Assembly (NCBI GenBank): GCA_021325135.1
Contig: JAJPHT010000026.1
Span: forward strand, 56,094-120,093
Length of the DNA: 64,000 bases
Origin: Pseudomonadota bacterium
Lineage (GTDB): Archaea; Thermoplasmatota; SW-10-69-26; JACQPN01; JAJPHT01
Reading direction: 5' to 3'
A program made the position numbers and the translations under genes. Each line of letters opens with the position of its first letter. The stretch's first letter is position 1. Below are positions 45,879 through 56,045 of this stretch, in pieces. The notes beneath the pieces were generated by a model, which was given only the letters and a program-made list of their open reading frames with translations, was not told the origin of the DNA and searched no databases.

Positions 45879-48800
45879 ATGAGCGCTCCGGACCTTCGCA
45901 CCGTGCCCGTGGACGCCGCGGGCGATCCCCTGGCGGCCCTCGTCTCCCCCGAGTCCCTTGACGCCCTCTTCGGCGGGCTCACGGACGGCGTGACCGTCCA
46001 GTCCGCGGCGGGGCTCGTCTACGCCAACGACGCCGCGGCGCGCGCCATGGGCTTCGCGTCGCGCCACGACCTCCTGGGGGCCGACGGCGCGCAGCTGGCG
46101 TCCGGCTTCGAGATCCGCGACGCCTTCGGGGCGCCCGTCTCCCCGCACGACCTGCCCGGGCGGCTGGTCCTCGCGCAGGGGAGGCCCCAGGAGCGCGTCC
46201 TCCGCTTCTCGCGCCGCGGCGCGGGCGAGGAGCGCTGGGCCGTGGTGAAGGCCTCGCCGCTGCGCGACGCGTCGGGGCGCGCGCTCCTTGCCCTCAACGT
46301 CGTCCAGGACGTCACGGAGCGGCGCCGCGCCGAGGCGCGCCTTCGCGCGCAGCACGCCGTGACGAGCCTCCTCGCCGAGGCCGACCCGGCGGACGACGCG
46401 CTCCCCCGCGCGCTCTCCGCCTTGGCCGAGGCGATGGGGTGGGACTTCGCCGCGCTCTGGCTGCGCGAGGGAGACGAGCTGCGCTGCGAGGCCACGTGGC
46501 GCTCGGCCCATGCGCCCGTCGCCGCGTTCGACCAGGCGACGCGCGAGACGCGGCTCGCGCGCGGCGAAGGGCTCCCCAGCCGCGTGCTGGCGGAAGGAGG
46601 CCCCGAGTGGAGCCTCGACTTCGCGGCCGACGCGCGCAACCCCCGCGCCGGCGCCGCGCGCGAGGCGGGCCTCCACGGCGCCGTGGCGTTCCCCATGCGC
46701 ACCGGCGGCCGCGTCGTGGGCGTGCTGGAGCTGCTGGGCCGCGACGCGCGGGCGCCCGACGAGCCCCTCGTGCGCGCGCTGGAGACCATCGGCGGCCAGA
46801 TGGGCCTCTTCCTGGAGCGCGCCGCCGCGCTGGCCGCGACCCGGGAGAGCCTCGCGCGCCGCAGCGCGATCCTGGACTCCGCGCTGGACTGCATCGTGAC
46901 CATGGACGCGGGCGGCAAGGTCGTGGAGTGGAACGCCGCCGCCGAGCGCGCGCTGGGCTGGCCGCGGGAGGAGGCCTTGGGCCGCGACATGGCCGACCTC
47001 ATCGTGCCCCCCGGCATGCGGGAGCGCCACCGCCAAGGCGTCGCGCGCTACCTCGCGGGCGGAGAGCCGCGCGTCCTGGGGCAGCGCCTTGAGCTTCCGG
47101 CGCTGCGCCGCGACGGCTCGGTCTTCCCGGCGGAGCTGGCCATCGTGCGCGTCCCCGGCGCCGGGCCGCCCCTCTTCACGGGCTTCCTGCGCGACCTCAC
47201 GGCGCAGAAGGCGGCGGAGGAGGCGCGGCGCGACGTCGAGGCGCGCCTCACGCAGTTCTACGAGCGCTCGCCCGTGGCCCTCTTCGCGGCGACCCCTTCA
47301 GGGCGCTTCCTGGAGGCGAACCCCGCCTTCGCGCACCTGCTTGGCCACTCCGACGTCGCCTCGCTCCTCGCGCGCCCCGTGGCGGCCGTGCACGCGGACC
47401 CCGCGAGGCGCGCCGAGATGCGCGCCGTGCTGGAGCGCGACGGCGTCGCGCGCGGCTTCGAGACGGAGTTCACCCGTGCCGACGGCGCGCGCGTCTCCGT
47501 GAGCGTGACCGCGCGCGCGGTCCGCGACGCGGCGGGCGCCGTCGCGCGCTACGAGGGCATGGTCGAGGACGTGACCGCCAGGAAGCGCGCCGAGGAGGAC
47601 CTCCGGCTCCAGAAGGTTCTCCTGGAGGCGCAGATGGAGAGCGTCCTCGACGCCATCCTCGTCGTGGGCCTCGACGGCCGCGTCCTCTCGTGGAACCGCG
47701 CGTTCACCGAGGTCTGGGGCATCCCGCCCGACCTCGTGGAGGCTCGCGACGTGGAGGCGTGGCGCGCCGTCGCGCTGGGCCGCGTGAAGGACCGCGACGC
47801 GTTCCTCGCCGGCACGCGCTACTACGCCGAGAGGTCGGGCGAGGTCTGCCGCGACGAGGTCGAACTTCTCGACGGGCGCGTGCTGGACCGCTACGGCGCC
47901 CCCGTGCGCATGCCCGACGGGACGCTGGTGGGCCGCATCTGGAGCTACCGCGACGTGACGCAGCGCCGCCGCCAGGAGGCCGTGCTGGAGGCGACGCTGG
48001 AGGCCGTGCAGGACGGCATCCTCATCGTGGGCGACGACGGGCGCGCCGCGACGCGCAACGCGCAGCTTGCCAGGGCGTGGGGCCTCTCCGAGGACGCCAT
48101 CGAGTCGATGCCCGCCGAGGGCGTCCTCGCGTCCCTCGCGGCGCAGACGGAGGACAGCGCGGCGTTCGTCGCGGGCATCGAGGCCATGCGCGCCGACGCG
48201 CGCCCCGCCCGCGACGAGGTGCGGCTCAAGGACAGGCGCGTGCTGGAGCGCTTCGGGGCGCCCGTGCGCGGGCGCGACGGCCTCGTGCACGGCCGCGTCT
48301 GGACCTTCCGCGACATCACGCAGGCCAAAGAGTCCGAGGAGCGGCTGCGCGGCCTCGTCGCGCAATTGAGCGCGCAGCGCGCGCGCCTGGACGCCATCGT
48401 GCGCAGCGTGCCCGGCGTCGTGTGGGAGGCGTGGGGCGAGCCCGACGCCGCGACGCAGCGCATCGACTTCGTGAGCGACCATGTCGAGCGCCTCCTGGGC
48501 TACACTGCGCAGGAGTGGCTCTCGACGCCCAACTTCTGGCTCACCATCGTGCATCCCGACGACCGCGAGGCCGCGGCCGCCGAGGCGCGCGCGAAGTTCG
48601 AGGGGCGCAAGACCGCGCCGCAGGAGTTCCGCTGGATCGCCAAGGACGGCCGCGCCCTCTGGGTGCAGGCCCACTCCACGCCCATCCTCGACGGCGCCGG
48701 GCGCCCCGTGGGCATGCGCGGCGTGACGCTGGACGTCTCCGACCGCAAGCGCGCCGAGGAGGCCATCCGCGAGAGCGAGGCGCGCTGGCGCTTCCTCGCC

Positions 48801-49874
48801 AACGCGCTGCCCGAGCAGGTCTGGACCGCGTCCCCCGACGGGCGCCTGGACTACGCGAGCCAGCAGGCGTGCCGCTACTCGGGCCGCCCCGAGGAGGAGA
48901 TCGTGGGCGACGGCTGGACCTCGCTCGTCCACCCCGAGGACCTGCCCCAGGCGCTCGCGCGCTGGTCGCGCTCCCTGGAGACGGGCGAGCCCTACGAGGC
49001 CGAGCACCGCCTGCGACGCGCGGACGGCGCATGGCGCTGGCACCTCGCGCGCGCCATCGCGCGGCGCGACCCCGCGGGCCGCGTGGAGAAATGGTACGGC
49101 GCCTACGCCGACGTGCAGGACCTCAAGGACGGCGAGCTGGCCCTCAAGGAGCGCGCGGCGCAGCTCACGCGCCTCGCCGCCCAGCTGGAGCGCTCCAACC
49201 GCGAGCTGGACCAGTTCGCCTACGTGACGAGCCACGACCTCAAGGCGCCGCTGCGCGGCATCGCCAACCTCTCGCGCTGGATCGAGGAGGACCTCAAGGG
49301 CGAGGTGCCCCCGGAGGTGCGCGCCCACCTGGACCTGCTGCGCGGCCGCGTCGCCCGCATGGAAGCCCTCATCGGCGCGATCCTGGAGTATTCCCGGGTG
49401 GGCCGCACGAAGGCGGTCCCCGAGCCCGTGGACACCGGCAAGCTCGTGGAGGAGATCGTCGACCTCCTCTCGCCTCCCCAGGGGTTCCGCGTCGAGGTGG
49501 CGCCCGGCATGCCCACGCTCCCCGCGGAGCGGCTCCGCCTCCACCAGGTCTTTCTCAACCTCATCGGCAACGCCATCAAGCACCACCACCGCAAGGACTC
49601 CGGCCGCGTGCGCGTCAGCGCCGAGGACGCGGGGGACCGCTGGCTCTTCCGCGTCGAGGACGACGGGCCGGGCATCGCGCCGCGCTATCACGAGAAGGTG
49701 TTCGTCATCTTCCAGACGCTGGAGGCGCGCGACAAGGTGGAGGGCACGGGCATCGGCCTCGCCCTCGTGAAGAAGATCGTCGAAGCCGCGGGCGGCTCCA
49801 TCCGCCTCGACTCGGACGAAGGGCGCGGCGCCGCGTTCACGTTCAGCTGGCCCAAGGCCAGCCAGGGGAGCTAA
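45879..49874 (+). CDS. Multi-PAS/GAF sensor histidine kinase
   Basis: Several PAS domains and a GAF; FAYVTSHDLKAPLR, NLIGNAIKH, DDGPGI, GTGIGL. Confidence 0.93.
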   Translation: MSAPDLRTVPVDAAGDPLAALVSPESLDALFGGLTDGVTVQSAAGLVYANDAAARAMGFASRHDLLGADGAQLASGFEIRDAFGAPVSPHDLPGRLVLAQGRPQERVLRFSRRGAGEERWAVVKASPLRDASGRALLALNVVQDVTERRRAEARLRAQHAVTSLLAEADPADDALPRALSALAEAMGWDFAALWLREGDELRCEATWRSAHAPVAAFDQATRETRLARGEGLPSRVLAEGGPEWSLDFAADARNPRAGAAREAGLHGAVAFPMRTGGRVVGVLELLGRDARAPDEPLVRALETIGGQMGLFLERAAALAATRESLARRSAILDSALDCIVTMDAGGKVVEWNAAAERALGWPREEALGRDMADLIVPPGMRERHRQGVARYLAGGEPRVLGQRLELPALRRDGSVFPAELAIVRVPGAGPPLFTGFLRDLTAQKAAEEARRDVEARLTQFYERSPVALFAATPSGRFLEANPAFAHLLGHSDVASLLARPVAAVHADPARRAEMRAVLERDGVARGFETEFTRADGARVSVSVTARAVRDAAGAVARYEGMVEDVTARKRAEEDLRLQKVLLEAQMESVLDAILVVGLDGRVLSWNRAFTEVWGIPPDLVEARDVEAWRAVALGRVKDRDAFLAGTRYYAERSGEVCRDEVELLDGRVLDRYGAPVRMPDGTLVGRIWSYRDVTQRRRQEAVLEATLEAVQDGILIVGDDGRAATRNAQLARAWGLSEDAIESMPAEGVLASLAAQTEDSAAFVAGIEAMRADARPARDEVRLKDRRVLERFGAPVRGRDGLVHGRVWTFRDITQAKESEERLRGLVAQLSAQRARLDAIVRSVPGVVWEAWGEPDAATQRIDFVSDHVERLLGYTAQEWLSTPNFWLTIVHPDDREAAAAEARAKFEGRKTAPQEFRWIAKDGRALWVQAHSTPILDGAGRPVGMRGVTLDVSDRKRAEEAIRESEARWRFLANALPEQVWTASPDGRLDYASQQACRYSGRPEEEIVGDGWTSLVHPEDLPQALARWSRSLETGEPYEAEHRLRRADGAWRWHLARAIARRDPAGRVEKWYGAYADVQDLKDGELALKERAAQLTRLAAQLERSNRELDQFAYVTSHDLKAPLRGIANLSRWIEEDLKGEVPPEVRAHLDLLRGRVARMEALIGAILEYSRVGRTKAVPEPVDTGKLVEEIVDLLSPPQGFRVEVAPGMPTLPAERLRLHQVFLNLIGNAIKHHHRKDSGRVRVSAEDAGDRWLFRVEDDGPGIAPRYHEKVFVIFQTLEARDKVEGTGIGLALVKKIVEAAGGSIRLDSDEGRGAAFTFSWPKASQGS

Positions 49875-49877
49875 GGC

Positions 49878-50321
49878 ATGCAGACCATCGGACCCACGAC
49901 CAAGGAAGACGAGCGCGAGACCAACATCCTCCTCGTGGAGGACGACGAGGTGGACGTCATGAACGTCCAGCGCGCGTTCAAGAAGAACAACATCCGCAAC
50001 CCCCTCTTCCACGCAGGGAACGGCCTCGACGCGCTCGACGCGCTGCGCAGCGGGAGGATGCCCGGCGACCGGCGCCTCGTGCTCCTGGACCTCAACATGC
50101 CCCGCATGGGCGGCATCGAGTTCCTCCGCGAGCTTCGCGCCGACCCCGAGCTTCGCCACACGCCCGTCGTCGTGCTCACCACCAGCAACGACGACCGCGA
50201 CCGCGTCGAGGCGTACAACCTCAACGTCGCGGGCTACATCCTCAAGCCCGTCACGCTCGCGAACTTCATCGAGACCATGGCCGCGCTGAACCGGTACTGG
50301 ACCATGAGCGAGCTGCCCTGA
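49878..50321 (+). CDS. Single-domain response regulator (Rcp1-like)
   Basis: ILLVEDD, LLDLNMP, VVLTTS, YILKPV, YW. Confidence 0.93.
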   Translation: MQTIGPTTKEDERETNILLVEDDEVDVMNVQRAFKKNNIRNPLFHAGNGLDALDALRSGRMPGDRRLVLLDLNMPRMGGIEFLRELRADPELRHTPVVVLTTSNDDRDRVEAYNLNVAGYILKPVTLANFIETMAALNRYWTMSELP

Positions 50322-50322
50322 G

Positions 50323-52500
50323 ATGCCCCTGGACATCCTTGTCGTCGACGACGATCTCATCGACCGCATGGCGGTCCAGCGCGCGCTGCGCGCCTCGGGG
50401 CTCGACGTCGCGCTGCGCGAGGCCTCCACGCAGGCCGAGGGGCTGGAGGCGCTGCGCGCCGGGCCCGCGGCGCTGGTCTTCCTCGACTACCTGCTCCCCG
50501 ACGGCACGGGGCTGGACCTGCTCAGGGAGATCCGCGCCATGGGCGTCCAGGCCCCCGTCGTCATCCTCACCGGGCAGGGCGACGAGGCCGTCGCCGTGGA
50601 GCTGATGAAGGCCGGCGCCACCGACTACTTGCCCAAGGCCGTGGCCACGCCCGAGCGCATCGCGCAGTGCGTCCGCAACGCGCTGCGCCTCCACGCCGCG
50701 CAGAGCCAGGCCGAGCAGGCGCTGCGCGCCCGCGAGCGCGCGCTCGCGCTGGAGCAGGCCGCCCGGGAGGAGGCCGAGGACGCGCAGCAGCGGCTGGCGT
50801 TCCTCGTGGACGCCAGCGCGCGCATCGCCGAGTCGCTGGACCCCGTGGCCATCGTGGAGCGCGTGGTCGCCCTCGCCGTGCCCTTCGTCGCCGACTGGTG
50901 TTGGGTCGACCGCCAGGAGCCCGACGGCGCCTTCCTGCGCGTCGCCATCGCCCACGCCGACCCCGAGGACAAGGACCTCGCGCGCTCGCTGAAGCGCCGC
51001 TACGAGGCCGTCCCCGAGGCGCCCCATGGGGCGAGCATGGCCATGGCGACGCGCCGCAGCGAGGTCCTCTCCGAGGTCCCCGACTGGGTGCTCGTCTCCG
51101 CCGCCCGCGACGCCGAGCACCTCGACGCGCTGCGCCGCATCGGCATCCGCAGCGCCATGGTCGTGCCCCTCGTCGCCCGCAGCGGCACGCTGGGGGCCAT
51201 CACCTTCCTCGCCTGCGCCGGCCGGCGCCCCTACGACGACGCGGACCTCGCCTTCGCCGAGGAGCTGGCGCGCCGCGTCGCGCAGGGGCTGGAGAACGGC
51301 CGCCTCTACCAGCAGGCCCTCGCCGCGGAGGAGGGGCTCCGGCGCCAGCTGGAGTTCACGACCGCGGTCGCCAACAGCCTCGCGGAGGGCGTCGTGGCCC
51401 TGGACGCCTCGGGCGTCGTCACGTTCGCCAACCCCGCGGCCGTGGCGCTCCTGGGCTCCCCCGTGGGCGCGCCGGTGGACCGCGTGCTCCTGCCCGCCGA
51501 GGGGGCCTCCGCGAGGGACCACGTCGCGCTGCGCCGCGCGCTGGCCGAGGGGCGCGCGGCCCGCTTCGACCGGGCGACCTTCGGGCGCCCCGGCGGCGAG
51601 CGGCTGGAGATCTCGCTGGCCGTCTCGCCCATCCTGGAGAAGGGCGCGCCGCGGGGCGCCGTGCTGGCGTTCCACGACATCGCCGGCCGCCTGCGCGCGG
51701 AGGAGGAGCTGGAGGCGTCGCGCCTGGCGCTCGCGCAGAGCGAGAAGCTCAGCGCGCTGGGCACGCTGGTCTCCGGCGTCGCGCACGAGCTTCGCACGCC
51801 CCTCACGTACCTCTCCAACAACATCTTCCTCCTCCACCGGCGCCTGGAATTGGCCGCGGCGCAGGACGAGTCGCTTCGCCCGCTCATGGACGAGATCGCC
51901 CACCACAGCGGCGCCGCCATGGAGGGCGTCGAGCGCATCAACGCCCTGGTGAAGGACCTGCGCCCCTTCGCCAAGGGGGAGATGGGGCGGCGCCACCTGG
52001 ACGGGCTGGAGGGCATCGTCGCGGGCGCGGTGGAGCTCTACCGCGCGACGTCCCGCGGGCAAGTGGAGGTCGTCGCGCGCTTCGACCCCACGGGCCCCGT
52101 GCTCGTGGACAAGGGGCAGGTGCAGCGCGTCATCATCAACCTCCTCGTGAACGCCGCCGAGGCGATGCCCGCGGGCGGCACGGTCCACGTCACGACGCGG
52201 TGCGTGCCCGCGGGCGCGGAGGTGGAGGTCGCGGACGACGGCCCCGGCATCCCGCCCGAGGTGCAGGGGCGGATCTTCGACCCGTTCTTCACCACCAAGG
52301 CCGAAGGCACGGGGCTGGGCCTCGCCATCACGCGCCGCATCGTGGAGGCCCACGGCGGCAGCATCCGCTTCGAGACCGCGCCAGGCAAGGGCACGACCTT
52401 CGTCGTCCGGCTCCCCCACGCCCGCCAGATCGCCGTGCAGGCGGACGAGACGGGCGCAGCCCTCGGCCTACCTCCCCCTGCGGTGGGCGATGGAAGTTGA
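50323..52500 (+). CDS. Hybrid REC-GAF-PAS histidine kinase
   Basis: N-terminal receiver; GVAHELRTPL, NAAEAM, DDGPGI, FDPFFTTK, GTGLGL. Confidence 0.92.
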   Translation: MPLDILVVDDDLIDRMAVQRALRASGLDVALREASTQAEGLEALRAGPAALVFLDYLLPDGTGLDLLREIRAMGVQAPVVILTGQGDEAVAVELMKAGATDYLPKAVATPERIAQCVRNALRLHAAQSQAEQALRARERALALEQAAREEAEDAQQRLAFLVDASARIAESLDPVAIVERVVALAVPFVADWCWVDRQEPDGAFLRVAIAHADPEDKDLARSLKRRYEAVPEAPHGASMAMATRRSEVLSEVPDWVLVSAARDAEHLDALRRIGIRSAMVVPLVARSGTLGAITFLACAGRRPYDDADLAFAEELARRVAQGLENGRLYQQALAAEEGLRRQLEFTTAVANSLAEGVVALDASGVVTFANPAAVALLGSPVGAPVDRVLLPAEGASARDHVALRRALAEGRAARFDRATFGRPGGERLEISLAVSPILEKGAPRGAVLAFHDIAGRLRAEEELEASRLALAQSEKLSALGTLVSGVAHELRTPLTYLSNNIFLLHRRLELAAAQDESLRPLMDEIAHHSGAAMEGVERINALVKDLRPFAKGEMGRRHLDGLEGIVAGAVELYRATSRGQVEVVARFDPTGPVLVDKGQVQRVIINLLVNAAEAMPAGGTVHVTTRCVPAGAEVEVADDGPGIPPEVQGRIFDPFFTTKAEGTGLGLAITRRIVEAHGGSIRFETAPGKGTTFVVRLPHARQIAVQADETGAALGLPPPAVGDGS

Positions 52501-52526
52501 AGCCACCTTTCCGCGTGGTCCGGGCC

Positions 52527-52646
52527 ATGACCCACGCCTTCCTCGCGGCCGGCCTCCTGCTGCCCGCCCACGGCACCTGCCCCCACTGCGGCCTGCTCCG
52601 CTGCCCCTGCGCGACGCTGGGACTGGAGCGCGCGGGGCACGCCTGA
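52527..52646 (+). CDS. 39-aa CPxCG zinc-finger-like microprotein
   Basis: MTHAFLAAGLLLPAHGTCPHCGLLRCPC... Confidence 0.4.
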   Translation: MTHAFLAAGLLLPAHGTCPHCGLLRCPCATLGLERAGHA

Positions 52647-52690
52647 AGCGGGGGTTCGGGGGCGGCGAAGCGCGGCCGGACGACGCCTCT

Positions 52691-53281
52691 CTAGGCCTTC
52701 AGCAGGTGCCCCATGAGGTCGCGCTTGGTGGCGAGGTAGAAGCGGTTGATGTCGTTCTCGCCCACCTGGTGCGCAAGGCGCTCCGTGACGGCGACGCCGT
52801 GGGACTCCAGCGCCGCGACCTTGGCGGGGTTGTTGGTCATGAGGCGCACGCTCTGCACGCCCAGCGCGCGCAGGATCGCCGCCGCCTCGTCGTAGGTGCG
52901 CGCGTCGGCGGGGAGGCCCAGCTTGACGTTGGCCTCCAGCGTGTTCGCGCCGCGGTCCTGCTCGTGGTACGCGCGGACCTTGTTGAACAGGCCCACGCCG
53001 CGCCCCTCCTGCTGGAGGTAGACGACGACGCCGCGCCCCTCGGCTTCCAGGGCCTCCAGGGCCTTGGCCAGCTGGGGGCCGCAGTCGCACCGCTCGCTGC
53101 CCAGCACGTCGCCGGTGAGGCAGGAGGAGTGGACGCGGGCGAGGACGTCGGCGCCGCGGACGTCGCCCTTGACGATGGCCAGGTGCTCCGCCCCCGAAGG
53201 GAAGCGGAAGGCGACCGCCTCGAAGCGGCCGAACCGCGTGGGAAGCTGCGCGGCCGGCGTCCGCACCGGGGACTCGCTCAC
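52691..53281 (-). CDS. ribA: GTP cyclohydrolase II
   Basis: LPTRFG, RVHSSCLTGDVLGSERCDCG, QEGRGVGL, LMTNNP, YLATK...GHLL. Confidence 0.95.
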   Translation of the reverse strand: MSESPVRTPAAQLPTRFGRFEAVAFRFPSGAEHLAIVKGDVRGADVLARVHSSCLTGDVLGSERCDCGPQLAKALEALEAEGRGVVVYLQQEGRGVGLFNKVRAYHEQDRGANTLEANVKLGLPADARTYDEAAAILRALGVQSVRLMTNNPAKVAALESHGVAVTERLAHQVGENDINRFYLATKRDLMGHLLKA

Positions 53282-53395
53282 GGGTTGGGCGAGGGTCGAC
53301 CCGGATATGAAGGTTCCCTTACGATCGACCTTCCCACTCACGAATTGGTAAGTTGATTCCCAGGGGGGAAGCCTATAGCACATCCCCACCTTCCC

Positions 53396-54715
53396 ATGCG
53401 CGTGTCCCTCCTGGCGAGCCCCCTTCGCCTCGGCGCGCGGGAGGCCAAGAACCGCCTCTACCGCGCCCCCGTGCTGGAGGTCGCCGGGAACGGGCCCGAC
53501 GCCGCGCGCATCCTCCGCCGCGAATTGGAGCCCAGCGCCGCCTCCGGGTGCGGCCTCGTCTTCCAGGGCGCGTGCCTCGTCACGCCCGAAGGGGGCCGCA
53601 GCGCGCCGGGGCTCTCCCGGGTCCACGACCGCGCGTTCGTCCTCTCGCTGCGCCCCGCGGTGGAGGCGGTGAAGGCCCACGGCGCCCTGCTCCTCATGCA
53701 ACTGGGCCACGGCGGGCTCCAGACCATGGAGCTGTGGCACCACGCCTACCGCCAGGAGCATCCGGACCTCGCGACGCTGGCCGTGAGCGAGCCCCCCTGG
53801 TGGATGAAGGCGCTCTCGCCTCTCCTCGACCTCTCGCGCGTGCGGGTGATGACGGACGACGAGCTTCGCGCGCTGGCCGAGGCGTTCGGCGCGGCGGCGT
53901 CCCACGCGGCGGAGGCGGGCTACGACGGCGTGCATCTTGCCGGCGCCAACGGCAGCGTCTTCCAGCAGTGCTGGAGCCCCGTGTTCAACAAACGGACGGA
54001 CGCCTTCGGCGGGCCCACGCTGCGCGACCGCTCCACGTTCTTCCGCCTGGTGGTGGAGGCCATCCGCCGGCGCACGCCGCGGGATTTCCTCCTCACGACG
54101 AAGGTGCCCGCCGAGACGGAGGCGCCCTTCTTCGTGCGCGATGCGCTCAGCCTCGACGAGGGCGCGCAGATCGCGCGCATCGCGCAGGACGCGGGCGTCG
54201 ACGCCGTGGCGCCCGTGCGCGTGGGCGTGACGCGCGACCAGGCCACCGCAAGGGGCGCGTTTCCCGAGATCGCGTGGAGCGACCCGCGCTGGCAGAAGGG
54301 GTACGACGCCGCGTTCGGCCGCGCGAGGAAGCACGCGGTCAAGGCCGCGAACCGCGTCGCGGCGAAGGCGATCCCCTTCGAGCCCGCGTGGAACGCCGCC
54401 TTCTGCCGTGCCGTGAAGCGCGAGGTCTCCATCCCCGTGCTCTGCGAGGGGGGCCTCCGCGAGAAGGCCGAGATGGAGCGCCTGCTGGGGAGCGGCGCCT
54501 GCGACATGGTGGGGATGGCGCGCCCCTTCTACGCGGAGCCGCGCCTCGCGTGGCGCCTGCTGCACGAAGACGAGGACGCGCGCCTCCTCTGCGAGTCGTG
54601 CAACAACTGCACGATCCCCCAGGTCACCGGAGCGCCGGGCGTGTGCCGCACGCCGGAGATCCTGGCGAAGCGCGGAGAGATGATGAAGCGCGGGGCCTAC
54701 GGGCCCCGCGAGTGA
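53396..54715 (+). CDS. NADH:flavin oxidoreductase (OYE family)
   Basis: KNRLYRAP, QLGHGG, AGYDGVHL, NKRTDAFGG, MARPFYAEP, CESCNNC. Confidence 0.9.
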   Translation: MRVSLLASPLRLGAREAKNRLYRAPVLEVAGNGPDAARILRRELEPSAASGCGLVFQGACLVTPEGGRSAPGLSRVHDRAFVLSLRPAVEAVKAHGALLLMQLGHGGLQTMELWHHAYRQEHPDLATLAVSEPPWWMKALSPLLDLSRVRVMTDDELRALAEAFGAAASHAAEAGYDGVHLAGANGSVFQQCWSPVFNKRTDAFGGPTLRDRSTFFRLVVEAIRRRTPRDFLLTTKVPAETEAPFFVRDALSLDEGAQIARIAQDAGVDAVAPVRVGVTRDQATARGAFPEIAWSDPRWQKGYDAAFGRARKHAVKAANRVAAKAIPFEPAWNAAFCRAVKREVSIPVLCEGGLREKAEMERLLGSGACDMVGMARPFYAEPRLAWRLLHEDEDARLLCESCNNCTIPQVTGAPGVCRTPEILAKRGEMMKRGAYGPRE

Positions 54716-54724
54716 GCCCGCGGC

Positions 54725-55228
54725 TCAGAACGTGACGTGGCAGATGCCGCTGCTGCAGACCGCCGTGGGCTCGACGTAGCCCGAGGGCACGCCCACGGTG
54801 GTGGGGCCCGAGGTGATGACCGGCTCGATGGCCGTGACGCACTCCGTGCCCACGACGCAGACCTGCTTGCTCACGAGGCCGCCGTATCCGACGGGGACCT
54901 GCTGCGAGCCGCCGTTGAGGGAGACGCACGCGTTGGTGAGCGCGTCGGGGTTGTAGTCGAAGCACGTGCTGACGGGGCCGACGGGGGGAACCGTGGCCTT
55001 CCCGATGGTGACGCTCCGGACCGTCGTGCACCAGCTGCCGTCGATGCTGCACTTCTCCACCGTGTAGGTCGTGCTGCCGTCGGGGTTCGAGCGCTCGTCG
55101 ATGGTCGGGATGAGGGGCGTGTCGCACGCGTTGCCCAGCGAGCCGCACGGGTCGGCCGCGGAGGCGGCGGGGACAATCGCCAGCATCGCCGAGGCGACGA
55201 GGAGGGTGGCCAGAAGGATCTTGGTCAT
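54725..55228 (-). CDS. Secreted 10-Cys paralog A of tandem array
   Basis: Signal peptide; YNPDALTNAC, VCVVGTEC, PSGYVEPTAVC..CHVTF shared with neighbours. Confidence 0.82.
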   Translation of the reverse strand: MTKILLATLLVASAMLAIVPAASAADPCGSLGNACDTPLIPTIDERSNPDGSTTYTVEKCSIDGSWCTTVRSVTIGKATVPPVGPVSTCFDYNPDALTNACVSLNGGSQQVPVGYGGLVSKQVCVVGTECVTAIEPVITSGPTTVGVPSGYVEPTAVCSSGICHVTF

Positions 55229-55306
55229 GGTTGGAAGCCTCTTGCCCTTGTCGGGCGAGGCCGCGATGTCGCCCCGAGGGGATGACTTCAGGGGATCAAC
55301 TGCTTG
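55229..55306 (-). promoter_or_regulatory. Conserved upstream motif, copy A
   Basis: CAAGCAGTTGATCCCCTGAAGTC...GCCC GACAA GGGCAAGAGGCTTCCAACC-ATG. Confidence 0.75.
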
Positions 55307-55358
55307 CAGGAAAGGAGGGCCTGCCGCCGGGCGTTGCGCGGCGGCAGGCCCGGCGCGC

Positions 55359-55859
55359 TCAGAAGCTCACGTGGCAGAGGCTGCTGCTGCACACGGCGGT
55401 GGGCTCGACGTAGCCCGAGGGCGCGGGGACCGTGGTCGGGCCGCCGGTCACGACGGGCGTGGGCACGGTCTCGCACACGGGGCCCACGACGCAGACGGTG
55501 GTGCTGGAGAGGGGGCCGAGGCCCACGGGCGCGGAGACCGAGCCGCCCGTCGTCTGCACGCAGGCGTTGGTGAGCGCCGAGGGGTTGTACGCGAAGCAGG
55601 TGGAGGGCACGGCGGGGACGTTGATGGAGTCGTCCTGGCAGCCGCCCTGGAAGTTGCACGTCTCCAGCGTCACGGTCTCGCCGCCGTTCGCGTTGGGCGA
55701 TTCGTGGATGCCGTTGGGGACGAGGTACGCCTCGCACACGCCGTCCTGGATGGCGTTGCACACCGCGGGGGGCAGGTGGGGGGAGAGAGCCGCCGCGGAG
55801 GGCGCCAGCGCGAGGAGCAGGGACGCGAGAAGGAGCGCAGGGGGAGCGAGCTTGGTCAT
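55359..55859 (-). CDS. Secreted 10-Cys paralog B
   Basis: Same motifs as A; ends CHVSF. Confidence 0.82.
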   Translation of the reverse strand: MTKLAPPALLLASLLLALAPSAAALSPHLPPAVCNAIQDGVCEAYLVPNGIHESPNANGGETVTLETCNFQGGCQDDSINVPAVPSTCFAYNPSALTNACVQTTGGSVSAPVGLGPLSSTTVCVVGPVCETVPTPVVTGGPTTVPAPSGYVEPTAVCSSSLCHVSF

Positions 55860-55937
55860 GGTGGAAGCCTCTTGCCCGGATCGGGCGAGCAGAGAAGCCC
55901 GGTCCGGGAGATGGCTTCTGGGGATCGAACGCTTTCG
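55860..55937 (-). promoter_or_regulatory. Conserved upstream motif, copy B
   Basis: CGAAAGCGTTCGATCCCCAGAAGCC...GCCCG ATC CGGGCAAGAGGCTTCCACC-ATG. Confidence 0.75.
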
Positions 55938-55988
55938 CAGGAGACCAGAAAAGAAGCGCCTTGCCGCGAGGCGGCGCTGCGGCGCAGC

Positions 55989-56029
55989 AAAAAAAATGAG
56001 GTTCCAGGAGGCGAGCCCCCTGGAACCTC
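55989..56029 (-). terminator. Hairpin plus T-tract after paralog C
   Basis: GAGGTTCCAGG...CCTGGAACCTC hairpin (REP-like GGCGAGCC core) followed by T8 on the minus strand. Confidence 0.6.
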
Positions 56030-56045
56030 CTCTTCTGCGGTGGCC

